Positions 24,676 through 34,236 of a stretch of DNA of 43,875 nucleotides are shown piece after piece (the first letter of the stretch is position 1; every line of letters starts with the position of its first letter). Made by a program: the position numbers and the translations under genes. The notes below the pieces were generated by a model. The model ran no database searches, was not told the DNA's origin, and worked only from the letters and a program-made list of their open reading frames with translations. Source of the stretch: Spirochaetaceae bacterium (GTDB lineage Bacteria > Spirochaetota > Spirochaetia > Treponematales > Breznakiellaceae); the NCBI GenBank assembly GCA_031269165.1, contig JAISZQ010000101.1, positions 1 through 43,875 of the forward strand. The letters are read 5' to 3'.

Positions 24676-26697
24676 ATGTCCAGACTGAATATTGAACGGG
24701 AACTCAACCCGGAGCAGTTGCTCGCCGCGACCACCATCGAGGGGCCGCTTCTCATCATCGCCGGGGCGGGGTCGGGGAAGACCCGCGTCATCACCTACCG
24801 CATCGCGCACATGCTTGAGCGGGGGATCGCGCAACACGCGATTCTCGCGCTCACGTTTACCAATAAGGCGGCGCGGGAAATGGAGGAGCGGGTGAAGGCG
24901 CTCACCGGGAAGAAGTTGCGAAGCCTCACCCTGTCCACGTTTCACGCATTTGGGGCGGCGTTGCTACGGAAGGAGATTGAGGCGTTGGGCTGGCGCAACA
25001 ATTTTTCGATTTATGACGAGGGGGACAAGGGGCAGCTCATCCGCGAATGTTTTCGCGACTGCAAGATCAACCCCGAAGGCATCGACATTGGGGTGGCTTC
25101 TCAGCTTTTCTCGCAGGTGAAGACGGGCCTTCGGGAGTACGCCGACCTTGAACCGTACCGGGGCGTCTACGAGGAATACGAGCGGACAAAGAAGATTTAC
25201 AACGCTCTCGACTTTGACGACTTGCTCACGCTGCCCATCGCGCTCTTTGAGCAGTTTCCGGAGATTCACGCCAAGTACCACGAGCGGTTCCGGTATATTC
25301 TGATTGACGAGTTTCAAGACACGAGCGCGATTCAGTACCGGCTGATGAAGATGCTCGCGGTGGGGGGCGGCGCAACGGGCGAGGTTCCGGCGAAGGTCAA
25401 CATTTGTGCGGTGGGAGACGACGACCAGTCGATTTACAGTTGGCGGGGGGCGAACTACGAGAACATCGTCAACTTTGAGAAAGATTTTGCGGGTGTGAAG
25501 GAGATCAAACTCGAACAGAACTACCGTTCGACGACGACGATCCTCGAAGCGGCAAACGGCGTCATCGCGCACAACGAGGCGCGGAAAGAGAAGAAACTCT
25601 GGTCGGGGAACGGCGGCGGGAAACCGGTTTTTTATTACACGCCGGAAAACGAGACCGAGGAGGCCGAGTTTATCGCCGAGCGGATCCGCAGTCTCCGCCT
25701 AAGCGAGAACCTCCGCTACGACGATTTCGGCGTGCTGGTGCGGACGAATTCCCTTACCACTTCTATTGAAGAAGTCTTTCTCGCCGAGAACATCCCCTAC
25801 CGCGTCTCCGGCGGCACGAGTTTTTTCGCGCGGCAGGAGATCAAGGACGTGCTCTCCTATCTCCGCGTCATCGCCAACCCTGACGACGACGTGAACCTGC
25901 TCCGCATCGTCAACACGCCGCGCCGGGGCATCGGCAAGACGACCATCGCGCACATTTCCGAGGCGGCCAAGAAGAAAAGGTCCTCGCTCTGGAACGCCCT
26001 CACCGGGTTGCGCTATGTGCAAAACGCGCTCTTTGAGATGAAAGACCGGGACGAGGTAGACGGCTTTATGGGCCTCATCGAAAAACAACGCGAAGAGTTG
26101 CTGGGCAAGAAAGACCTCGCGGCGAAAGTCCGCGCATTGGTGGACGCGATCGACTACTGGCCCCACCTCATCGCCGAACACCGGAAGAACGACGCGGTGG
26201 CGCGGTTCAAGTTCCAGAACATCGAACGCCTCATCGAAGGCATCGAAACATGGGCGCGCAACCCCGACAATTTCGACCCGACGCTCTACCCCTACCTCAA
26301 CCGGATAAGCCTCCTCACCCGCGACGAATCCGACGACGAGGGCAAGAGCAAGGTCAACCTGATGACGATCCACGCCTCGAAGGGCCTCGAATTTCCCGTG
26401 GTGTTCATCGCCGGGGCAGAAGACGGCATCATCCCGCACGAAAGAAGCGTCGAGGAGGACCTGCGGAACATCGAGGAAGAACGCCGCCTCTTCTACGTGG
26501 CGATCACCCGCGCCCGCGACAAACTCTTCATCACCGGCGCACGGAAACGCAAGCGCAACAAGACCCTCGTGGACTGCGCCCCGTCCCCCTTCATCAACGA
26601 AATCCCGCCCGACCTCCTCGAATTCTACACGGAAACGGAAGACGACGCGCTCTCGGCGGACGACTTTTTTGCCAAGACAAAAGCGCGGTTCTCGTGA
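24676..26697 (+). CDS. uvrD: UvrD/PcrA/Rep-family SF1 DNA helicase
   Basis: AGAGSGKTRVIT (Walker A), ILIDEFQDTS, YRSTTTILEAAN, TIHASKGLEFPVVFI and YVAITRARDKL. Confidence 0.9.
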   Translation: MSRLNIERELNPEQLLAATTIEGPLLIIAGAGSGKTRVITYRIAHMLERGIAQHAILALTFTNKAAREMEERVKALTGKKLRSLTLSTFHAFGAALLRKEIEALGWRNNFSIYDEGDKGQLIRECFRDCKINPEGIDIGVASQLFSQVKTGLREYADLEPYRGVYEEYERTKKIYNALDFDDLLTLPIALFEQFPEIHAKYHERFRYILIDEFQDTSAIQYRLMKMLAVGGGATGEVPAKVNICAVGDDDQSIYSWRGANYENIVNFEKDFAGVKEIKLEQNYRSTTTILEAANGVIAHNEARKEKKLWSGNGGGKPVFYYTPENETEEAEFIAERIRSLRLSENLRYDDFGVLVRTNSLTTSIEEVFLAENIPYRVSGGTSFFARQEIKDVLSYLRVIANPDDDVNLLRIVNTPRRGIGKTTIAHISEAAKKKRSSLWNALTGLRYVQNALFEMKDRDEVDGFMGLIEKQREELLGKKDLAAKVRALVDAIDYWPHLIAEHRKNDAVARFKFQNIERLIEGIETWARNPDNFDPTLYPYLNRISLLTRDESDDEGKSKVNLMTIHASKGLEFPVVFIAGAEDGIIPHERSVEEDLRNIEEERRLFYVAITRARDKLFITGARKRKRNKTLVDCAPSPFINEIPPDLLEFYTETEDDALSADDFFAKTKARFS

Positions 26698-26725
26698 GGG
26701 ATACCGGCGGACCGTTTCCCCTCGC

Positions 26726-27544
26726 CTAAAACCGTAACGTGAGCCAGTTCACGCAGAGCGAAAACCACTGGGCAACATGGGGGTTGATAAACCCGCTGTC
26801 CCCGGCGCTGGTTTCATCGATGGCCAGGGACATCCCGTGCTTTCCTTCCGGGAAGATGTGCATCTCCAGGGAAACCCCGGCCCGCCGCAAGGCCCCGGCC
26901 AGCAGAAAACTGTTTTCCACCGGAACCGACTGGTCGGTATAGGTATGCCAGAGAAATACCGGGGGCAGATCCCCGGTTATCTGCTTTTCCAAAGAAAGGA
27001 GATCCAACAGGGCCGGATCGGGCGACTTCCCCAAGAGGCGGTCGAACGATCCCCGGTTGGCAAATTCACCGGAGGTGATTACCGGATAACACAGCGCCAG
27101 AGCCTGCGCCCGGGTATGGCGGGGGTCAATACCGGGAGAGGCGGCAAAGTCCCGTGAAGCAAAGAGCAGCGTGGAAAGTGCCAAGTGTCCCCCGGCGGAA
27201 AAACCCATCACGGCGATCTTTTCGGGGTCCAGATCCCATGCGGCGTGATGTTCCCAGATAAGGGTGAGGGCCCGGGCGCAGTCCAAGACCGGAAGCGGAT
27301 GACGGCGGGGCTCGCAACTGTACCAGAGCACAAAGGCGTGGAACCCTTCGGCGTTGAAACGAACTGCCAAGGCTTCGGCCTCCCGGGGCGAACAGTGCAG
27401 ATAACCGCTGCCGGGCAGAATTAACACCGCCGGGCGGGGCTTCCCGCTTTTTAACAGATAAGCGTCCAGGCTGGGCCTGAACCCGTCCCCCAAATCCCCC
27501 TGGTACCGGAACCCTTCCCATAAATCCATCGTAAAAGTCAGCAT
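26726..27544 (-). CDS. Alpha/beta-hydrolase esterase (Aes/BD-FAE-like, GFSAGG nucleophile elbow)
   Basis: Start moved to ATG 27544 behind CAAGGAGGATCA. Motifs LPGSGY, VMGFSAGGHLA, and a ..D..H.. catalytic tail (YTDQSVPV, GKHGMS). Confidence 0.7.
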   Translation of the reverse strand: MLTFTMDLWEGFRYQGDLGDGFRPSLDAYLLKSGKPRPAVLILPGSGYLHCSPREAEALAVRFNAEGFHAFVLWYSCEPRRHPLPVLDCARALTLIWEHHAAWDLDPEKIAVMGFSAGGHLALSTLLFASRDFAASPGIDPRHTRAQALALCYPVITSGEFANRGSFDRLLGKSPDPALLDLLSLEKQITGDLPPVFLWHTYTDQSVPVENSFLLAGALRRAGVSLEMHIFPEGKHGMSLAIDETSAGDSGFINPHVAQWFSLCVNWLTLRF

Positions 27545-27723
27545 TGATCCTCCTTGTGCATAACGCTCATCCAATTATCCCCCTCTGCGGGCTAAACTTG
27601 ACTCACAAAATTAAAGAATTTTATCACGAACCTCACGAACGGAACAGACCGTGTGGCGAATGTTCGTGTTGGTGCGGGCCAGGGGTCTGTTGCGGTTCGT
27701 GGTTATTATTCTGTGGGTCAAGT

Positions 27724-30093
27724 TTATATATACTGGGTGTGATCAAAATGAACGGCATAGCGCAGGGAAAACGTGTCTCCACAGGAGAGGAACATCCGCC
27801 CTTCTTCAAAACGGACCGGCAGTTTACGGCACCAGGCGGTAAAGGCGTCAAAAGAACCGTCTTGGGCCGCATCGGAGCAAACGCAGAAATAAGCGGTTCT
27901 ATCAGCATAGGCCCGCAATTCGCTTTTGAAAAGCATATCGTTATGCCATTCCAATGGAGTGTTGCACCAAATTCCAAGCCACCCGCTGTCTTTCTTGGCA
28001 AAAAGCCAGCCCTCTTCAAGACGGTATTCATCGTATTTTACCGCAGGAAAAAACAGATGGGTAAAATGGATGGGATAGGTTTCGGGGATATTATAAACGG
28101 CCCCAAGCATATTCTTGTCCTGTTTTACCGCCGGAAAAATTCCGTTGCCGTACCAATAACCAGGCCGCATGGAACTATGATCCACGTCGCCGCCGGGAAG
28201 GTTGGCAAAGGCGATACATTCATTGTTCAATGCGGCGTACCAAAAATGTTGCTGATACCCAAAAACGCCGGGACGAAAATCCGTAGTACCATGAAAGCGT
28301 TCGTTCAGGGATTTCGTATAACGGTAACCGTTTTTTTCCGCATCGAAGTCAACGCTGATGTTACGCCATTTCACGGCGGTATCCTGCCGGGGAGACGCCA
28401 CCGAGCTTAAAGCGTAGTCCTTCCGCTTATACAGAACAATCTCCCCGTTACCGCAGGAATAGCGTTCCGAAAGTTCCGCCGTCATAAGGTCCTTTAAACG
28501 GACAGGCAGTTTGTATTTCGTCGTGGCGAAGAAGACGGGCCAGTCATTGTCCGTCAGGGGAACGGAGGGATCGATGTAGTGCAACAAGGACTGGGTTCCT
28601 TGGAGGAAAGGAAAAATAACGTCCCTGTAGACCCGGCCCTGGGGCCCTATGACAGAACCCTTAAAGGTGTGGCGGCAGAGCTGTTCCAGAAGCATATCCG
28701 TTACTTCCGCCGCTTGGGAGGATACGGGCTCGGGGGCGAAATCGACCAAATTCAAAAGGGCACCGATGGTAACGCACATATAACCGCTGCTCAGGAATTC
28801 CTCAAAACCATCGGCCTTGATATCCGCCAGCCATTCACCGCAACGTTTCAACCCCAAGTCCGCCTGTTCCCGGCCTGAACGTCCGCTGCGGGGAAAGACA
28901 TCGCCGGGGTACATGGCACCGGCCAGCAACTGGGCGCCGTGAAATAAGAGGGCATGGTTTTCGCTCCAAAAGCACATGCCGTCCGAACCGCTTTCGTCCA
29001 TCCAGAAGCGGTAATGAATCAAGGTTTCTCGTATTTTTTCCGACAGGTCATGATCCAATGAATAGAGTTTGACCAGCCTGATAATTCCCGCCACGATAAA
29101 ATCAGAACAGTCAATGCGTTCGTCAATGTACTCAAGGCTTTTAAGTAGGGCGTCCCTGTCGCTGGGGCCGTTTTCTCCCAGGGCGTAACGGGCAAGGACA
29201 TTGAGGATCACAAAACGGTTACCGCTCGTATTATCGCGGGCGATACGGCTGATAATATCCTTCCGCCGCTCGGCCTCTCCCTTGCCGGACGCGGCGAAAG
29301 AAGGGCGGATGTTTTCCAAGACCTCGACGACCCGTTCCTGAGTATGAGAGCCGTATCGGCCTTTGATTACCGCCCTGGCAGTTCCCGGCGGCAGCGTAAG
29401 GGAATTGCCGGAAAACTCCGTTCCCGCAGGCTCCACCGTGATTTCTCCCGGCGGATTCGGTGGTAACAAAAGGGTGTCTCCGTCGCACATAATGCCTTGC
29501 AGGTATACATCAAGATTCAAAAGCCCTTCGGCCTCCGATCCGGGCAGGGTAAAGCGTAAGGTATCCGCCCCTTCCCGGAATTGCAGCGCGAAAATGCTGC
29601 GGGTGTCCCGTACTCCCAAGTTTTGCATCCGCACGAATATGCCGTTTTTTCCCTTTTTCAAGGGCAGCGTCATTTGCCTGTGGGTGACAGGTTTATAAAC
29701 CGGCCTTTCCACCGTACAGGCCAAATTCCCGTTGAGCCATAGGTCTATGGCGGCATAGGTCCACAGTTCCGCCGGGAAGGTTTTATCTTCACCGGCGATT
29801 ATTTCCGTATAGGCGTAGAGTTCCACCCTTTTGGGAATATGATAGAAAAAACTGACATCCACATACCGGCTCCCCCCGCCGGAATAGCGCCAGGGCATAC
29901 CAAGACCGGACTCGGCCCCAAGAACGATCTCCCGGGGTAAAACTGGGGCGCTGTTGTCCCGCAGTACGCTACGCATATACTTTTCAAAACGCAGTTGATC
30001 GTCAAAGGGATTGTCAATCTCGAACTCCCCTATTTTAGGTCCGGAAATTAACCAGCCGGTAACGAACCCTTCCCGGTTTAATTGCGCGCTCAT
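27724..30093 (-). CDS. 789-aa cytoplasmic enzyme, possibly a heparinase II/III- or PL15/PL17-like oligouronide lyase (beta-sandwich, alpha/alpha toroid, beta-sandwich)
   Basis: Strong RBS AAAAGGAG-N7-ATG and no signal peptide. The central FWSENHALLFHGAQLLAGAMYP resembles the NH..(12)..LAG catalytic stretch of heparinase II/III-type lyases. The genomic context supports this. The family call is tentative. Confidence 0.3.
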   Translation of the reverse strand: MSAQLNREGFVTGWLISGPKIGEFEIDNPFDDQLRFEKYMRSVLRDNSAPVLPREIVLGAESGLGMPWRYSGGGSRYVDVSFFYHIPKRVELYAYTEIIAGEDKTFPAELWTYAAIDLWLNGNLACTVERPVYKPVTHRQMTLPLKKGKNGIFVRMQNLGVRDTRSIFALQFREGADTLRFTLPGSEAEGLLNLDVYLQGIMCDGDTLLLPPNPPGEITVEPAGTEFSGNSLTLPPGTARAVIKGRYGSHTQERVVEVLENIRPSFAASGKGEAERRKDIISRIARDNTSGNRFVILNVLARYALGENGPSDRDALLKSLEYIDERIDCSDFIVAGIIRLVKLYSLDHDLSEKIRETLIHYRFWMDESGSDGMCFWSENHALLFHGAQLLAGAMYPGDVFPRSGRSGREQADLGLKRCGEWLADIKADGFEEFLSSGYMCVTIGALLNLVDFAPEPVSSQAAEVTDMLLEQLCRHTFKGSVIGPQGRVYRDVIFPFLQGTQSLLHYIDPSVPLTDNDWPVFFATTKYKLPVRLKDLMTAELSERYSCGNGEIVLYKRKDYALSSVASPRQDTAVKWRNISVDFDAEKNGYRYTKSLNERFHGTTDFRPGVFGYQQHFWYAALNNECIAFANLPGGDVDHSSMRPGYWYGNGIFPAVKQDKNMLGAVYNIPETYPIHFTHLFFPAVKYDEYRLEEGWLFAKKDSGWLGIWCNTPLEWHNDMLFKSELRAYADRTAYFCVCSDAAQDGSFDAFTAWCRKLPVRFEEGRMFLSCGDTFSLRYAVHFDHTQYI

Positions 30094-30111
30094 AAAAAAC
30101 TCCTTTTGCCA

Positions 30112-30176
30112 CGTGAGGCTGTTCCAAAACCGTGCGCGGTTAGCGCACAGTCAATTAGTTTTGGAACAGGCTCACG
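30112..30176. repeat. Family-2 composite hairpin (GTGAGGCTGTTCCAAAAC...GTTTTGGAACAGGCTCAC enclosing GTGCGC-GGTTA-GCGCAC)
   Basis: Read directly from the sequence. It is intercistronic, between the cupin gene stop and the 789-aa gene start. Confidence 0.85.
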
Positions 30177-30184
30177 TTACATCG

Positions 30185-30535
30185 TTACAAACCTTCACTT
30201 TTCTTTAAAAAATCGGCCCTGTGAGGGGTAAAGATATCAAGCAGTTTACCCGCCTTGACACATACGGCTCCGTGGAGAACATCCGGCTGTTTATACATTG
30301 AATCCCCGGGCACAACCCGTTTTGTAACGCCGTTGATGGTAAAATCAAATTCCCCCTCTATTATATACGTGATTTGTTCGTGGGGATGGTGATGCATGAC
30401 ACCGACGGCTCCTGCCTCAAAAACGGTTTCCACAATCATCAGGTTTTCATGGTACGCTAAAACCCGTCGCTTAACGCCCTTTCCAAGATCGTCAAAGGGA
30501 ATGTCTCTGCCAAAAAAATAATGAGAAATATCCAT
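30185..30535 (-). CDS. kdgF: KdgF-like cupin (unsaturated uronate processing)
   Basis: 116 aa. LGKGVKRRVLAYHENLMIVETVFEAGAVGVMHHHPHEQITYIIEGEF...GDS.Y....LHG......KLLDIFTPHRADFL matches the KdgF pattern as I recall it. Confidence 0.6.
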   Translation of the reverse strand: MDISHYFFGRDIPFDDLGKGVKRRVLAYHENLMIVETVFEAGAVGVMHHHPHEQITYIIEGEFDFTINGVTKRVVPGDSMYKQPDVLHGAVCVKAGKLLDIFTPHRADFLKKSEGL

Positions 30536-30951
30536 AACTGCCTCCTTGATTTTTTTTATAATAAATTAAATCATTTTTATAGACAAGGACACGCGGATAC
30601 CGAGAGAGGGTACGAATAATTACCAAAAGCCCTGTGCCAACAATAATAGCGTTGTTGAGAAATTCCCCGTTTCTCAACAACCTCTGCAAAAGACAGGGTT
30701 TAACGCGGTTTTAGACTGGTTTTAGCCTGAAAAACCGCAAAATTTGTGGGACAACCAACCGGGTTGTCAAACAAGTTTAATGTGTTGGATGAGCGGGGCG
30801 CGGAGTTTGTGACCTAATAATACGTCAAATAACAAACATTTTTACATCACATTTTGGATTTTCAATTCTCAAAATAGGCGGTATTATATTTTTATATGAT
30901 CGGGAGTTTGTTGCCGGGTCATAAAATATTTATTTTTTGGAGGAAAAGAGA

Positions 30952-32331
30952 ATGAAAAGAAGTGTAGGTTTAGTGCTCGTTTTGATGAGCGTGGCAGGCA
31001 TGGTATTCGCGGGCGGCGGCGGTCAGCAAGGGGCGTCTTCCAGTGCCGGGGGTTCCCAGAAAACCGTCATTACCGTATGGAGCCAGAGCAGGCACGATCT
31101 GGCCTTTATACAGTCCAAGGTGGATGCCTATAACGCCAGCAACAAGGACAATATAGAAGTACGGTATGAAATATATACCGACAACTATCCCCAGGCGGTG
31201 GATCTGGTTTTCCAGACCGGGGAAGCCCCTGACATTTTGATAGAGGCCGATGTATTTACCATTCACCAATATTCGGGTAAGTGGGCGCCTCTGGACCCCT
31301 TTATCGACCAGGAGTTTAAAAACCTGTTCGGTACTCTCCAGTGGAACGGGTACAACGTCATCGACGGGAAAACCTACTTTATCCCGACATTCGGTACTTC
31401 AAACCGGCTTTTCTACAACATCTCCATCTTCAAACGCCTTGGGCTTCAGCCCCCCAAGACCCTGGAAGAAATGGTAGAGACCTCCCGAAAGATTACCTCC
31501 GCCCTTAAATCTGAAGGCATCTATGGTTTTGCCCAGAACCTCCGGGGCGCTACTGCTGGCTTGAGCCGTTCCCTCATGCCCATGGGTGACAGGGCACTCG
31601 GCATCCACCAAGGGTTTGACTTCGGCAAGGGCGAGTATGATTTCACCGGATACGAGGCCATCATGAACGGCTGGAAGCAGCTTCTGTCTCCGGACAGTGC
31701 CTTCCCCGGATGCGAATCCATGGACATAGACCCCCTGCGGACCCAGTTTGCCGCAGGCAAGATAGGGATGTATTTCTCTTGGACCCATGCCGAACCGGGG
31801 GTATACACCACCCAGTTTCCCACCAACCAGGAATGGGGTGCCGTCCAGATTCCCACCCCCGGCGGAGTCGTAAAGGGTGCCCAATATTTCAACAAAACGA
31901 ACAGCTACCTGATCTATGCGGGGAGCAAAAACAAAGAAGCGGCATGGAAGGTTTACAAGGCCCTCTTCCTGGATATACCCTTCTGGACCGAATACTATGA
32001 ACAGGGTTTCGGTATCAGCCTGATCCCCGAGGTCATTAAACGGGCAAACCCGGCACCGGTTTACAAGAATAATCCGGCTATGCTGATCGGCGATACCGAC
32101 AAGATATGGCCCCTTACGCCCCACGAGGTTAATCCCTCGGCGGTGGCTGTGGAAGGGCTTAATTTCTACGACACATGGGCCGCCATCATCTGGGGCCAGC
32201 TTGATGTCAAGCGCGGTTTGGCGGATCTGACCGCCCGGTACAACAAAGCCTACCGGGAGGGAATAGCCCGGGGGGTAGGCAAAGAAATCAAGATACCCAA
32301 TTTTAATCCCATGAAGCCCTTGGGTAACTAA
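30952..32331 (+). CDS. CUT1-type ABC transporter extracellular solute-binding protein
   Basis: GGAGGA RBS plus ATG 30952. Signal peptide MKRSVGLVLVLMSVAGMVFAGG. Family-1 SBP length and pattern. Confidence 0.8.
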   Translation: MKRSVGLVLVLMSVAGMVFAGGGGQQGASSSAGGSQKTVITVWSQSRHDLAFIQSKVDAYNASNKDNIEVRYEIYTDNYPQAVDLVFQTGEAPDILIEADVFTIHQYSGKWAPLDPFIDQEFKNLFGTLQWNGYNVIDGKTYFIPTFGTSNRLFYNISIFKRLGLQPPKTLEEMVETSRKITSALKSEGIYGFAQNLRGATAGLSRSLMPMGDRALGIHQGFDFGKGEYDFTGYEAIMNGWKQLLSPDSAFPGCESMDIDPLRTQFAAGKIGMYFSWTHAEPGVYTTQFPTNQEWGAVQIPTPGGVVKGAQYFNKTNSYLIYAGSKNKEAAWKVYKALFLDIPFWTEYYEQGFGISLIPEVIKRANPAPVYKNNPAMLIGDTDKIWPLTPHEVNPSAVAVEGLNFYDTWAAIIWGQLDVKRGLADLTARYNKAYREGIARGVGKEIKIPNFNPMKPLGN

Positions 32332-32416
32332 GCGGTTTTCCGGCCGGAACCGCGCGCCCGTCCGACCTTGTCGGGGGCGAAGGTTCCGGCTAAAACTCAC
32401 TATGAAAGGAGGCGAT

Positions 32417-33358
32417 ATGGGGAACAAAACGCCGGAGCGGTATTCACGCCGGAAAAAAATAGTAATAAGCAATCTCCAGTCCTACAGCCTGTTGCTTCCC
32501 AATTTGCTTTTATTCTGTGCCTTTTCGATCTTTCCGGTTTTCTGGACCTTGAAATACGTCTTTTACCGCTACGGGGGCTTTGCCCTTGGCGAGCCGGTCT
32601 TTATCGGGTTTGAGAATTTCGCCCGGGTATTCAGGGACAGGATTTATTGGAAATCGGTAGTGAACACCTTTGTTTATGCCGGGGGCAAAATAATCCTCAC
32701 CATACCCATTGCTTTTTTCCTTGCCCTTATACTGAACAAAACCCTCAGGATAAACAGGGTGTTTCAAAGCGTCATATTTATTCCCACCATCATGAGTTCC
32801 GCGGTCATGGGTCTTGTTTTTTACCTCATGTTCAATGTCTACAACGGGGAAATCAACAAATACTTGTTGTATTTTAAGATCCTCAATACCCCCATCAACT
32901 GGCTTGGGAAGGACTACGCGATGTTAACCCTTATCATTGTGGCTGTCTGGGGCGGAATCGGAAACTACATGGTGTATTTCCTTGCGGGCCTCCAGATGAT
33001 CCCTAAGGAAGCCATAGAGAGTGCCGTTATCGACGGGGCCAACAGGGGCCAAACCCTTATGTTTATTACCATTCCCATGCTTGGCCCCATCCTCAAGATC
33101 ATCCTCATGCTGTCGATTGTCGCTGCCTTCTCGGACATGAATTCCGTCATGGTTCTTACCGAGGGAGGTCCGATAAACGCCACTATGGTAATGTCCCTTT
33201 ACGGCTATTCATTTTTCTTTCCCATATCGGCGGGCGCATCCACTCCTGCGGGCCAATACGGATACGGCGCCACAGTGAGCTTTTTCTCGGCGATTATCGC
33301 CGGGATCATCACGGTCATATACCTCATCATTTCCCGCAAGATGGACAAGGTATTTTAA
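32417..33358 (+). CDS. ABC sugar transporter permease (MalF/UgpA-like)
   Basis: AAGGAGG RBS plus ATG 32417. EAA loop EAIESAVIDGANRGQTLMFITIPML. Confidence 0.85.
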   Translation: MGNKTPERYSRRKKIVISNLQSYSLLLPNLLLFCAFSIFPVFWTLKYVFYRYGGFALGEPVFIGFENFARVFRDRIYWKSVVNTFVYAGGKIILTIPIAFFLALILNKTLRINRVFQSVIFIPTIMSSAVMGLVFYLMFNVYNGEINKYLLYFKILNTPINWLGKDYAMLTLIIVAVWGGIGNYMVYFLAGLQMIPKEAIESAVIDGANRGQTLMFITIPMLGPILKIILMLSIVAAFSDMNSVMVLTEGGPINATMVMSLYGYSFFFPISAGASTPAGQYGYGATVSFFSAIIAGIITVIYLIISRKMDKVF

Positions 33359-33368
33359 GGAGCAAATC

Positions 33369-34214
33369 ATGGTCAAGAGCAGAAGTGAAGGAATATTGAA
33401 TGTTATCGCGTATGTCTTTGTGGGGATCATGGTCGTTTTTACCCTCTATCCGGTAGCGTATACCATCTTGGGATCTCTTAAAACCAATCAGGAGTTGACT
33501 CTCGGAGAGTCGATATTCCCGAAAACATGGCAGTTCAAAAACTATTCCGCCGCCTTCATCCAGGCCGACTTTACCCGCTACACCCTTACGAGCCTCATGG
33601 TAAGCCTCTCGGCCATGATAATCGGGACCATTACCGCCTCTATGGCGGGTTTTATATTTTCCCGGCGCCGGTTCATAGGCAAAAAACTGCTTTTGGCCCT
33701 CTATGTCTCCATGATGTTCGTGGCCCTGGGTTCGGTTACCCTCTACCCTATGTATTTTCTTCTCAGCTTTTTTGGGTTGACAAAATCCTTTATCGGCCTT
33801 ATACTTGCCCTTACGGGAGGTCAGGCAGCCAACGTACTCCTGGTTATGGGGTTTACCAACAGCATTCCCCGGGAGCTGGACGAGGCCGCCACTATAGACG
33901 GATGCACCATTTACGGGATATTTGTCAGGATCATATTCCCTCTTTTAAAACCCATTCTGGCGGTAGTTGCCCTGTTTACGTTCAGGAATTCGTGGAACGA
34001 GTATATAATTCCCTTCATCCTGAGCATTGCCAACAAAAACCTCAAAACCCTCACCGTGGCGGTAGTCCAACTGAAATACGCGGCCCAGGCCGCAGCGGAA
34101 TGGCATATCATGCTGGCCGGGGCTTCTATCGCCATCATCCCCATTTTGATTGTATATCTCTTTGCCAACAAGCAGTTTATCTCCGGCCTTACCGCTGGGG
34201 CCGTCAAGGGTTAG
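33369..34214 (+). CDS. ABC sugar transporter permease (MalG/UgpE-like)
   Basis: EAA loop ELDEAATIDGCTIYGIFVRIIFPLLKP. Confidence 0.85.
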   Translation: MVKSRSEGILNVIAYVFVGIMVVFTLYPVAYTILGSLKTNQELTLGESIFPKTWQFKNYSAAFIQADFTRYTLTSLMVSLSAMIIGTITASMAGFIFSRRRFIGKKLLLALYVSMMFVALGSVTLYPMYFLLSFFGLTKSFIGLILALTGGQAANVLLVMGFTNSIPRELDEAATIDGCTIYGIFVRIIFPLLKPILAVVALFTFRNSWNEYIIPFILSIANKNLKTLTVAVVQLKYAAQAAAEWHIMLAGASIAIIPILIVYLFANKQFISGLTAGAVKG

Positions 34215-34236
34215 GATTTTGTTGCAGAGGAACCTC

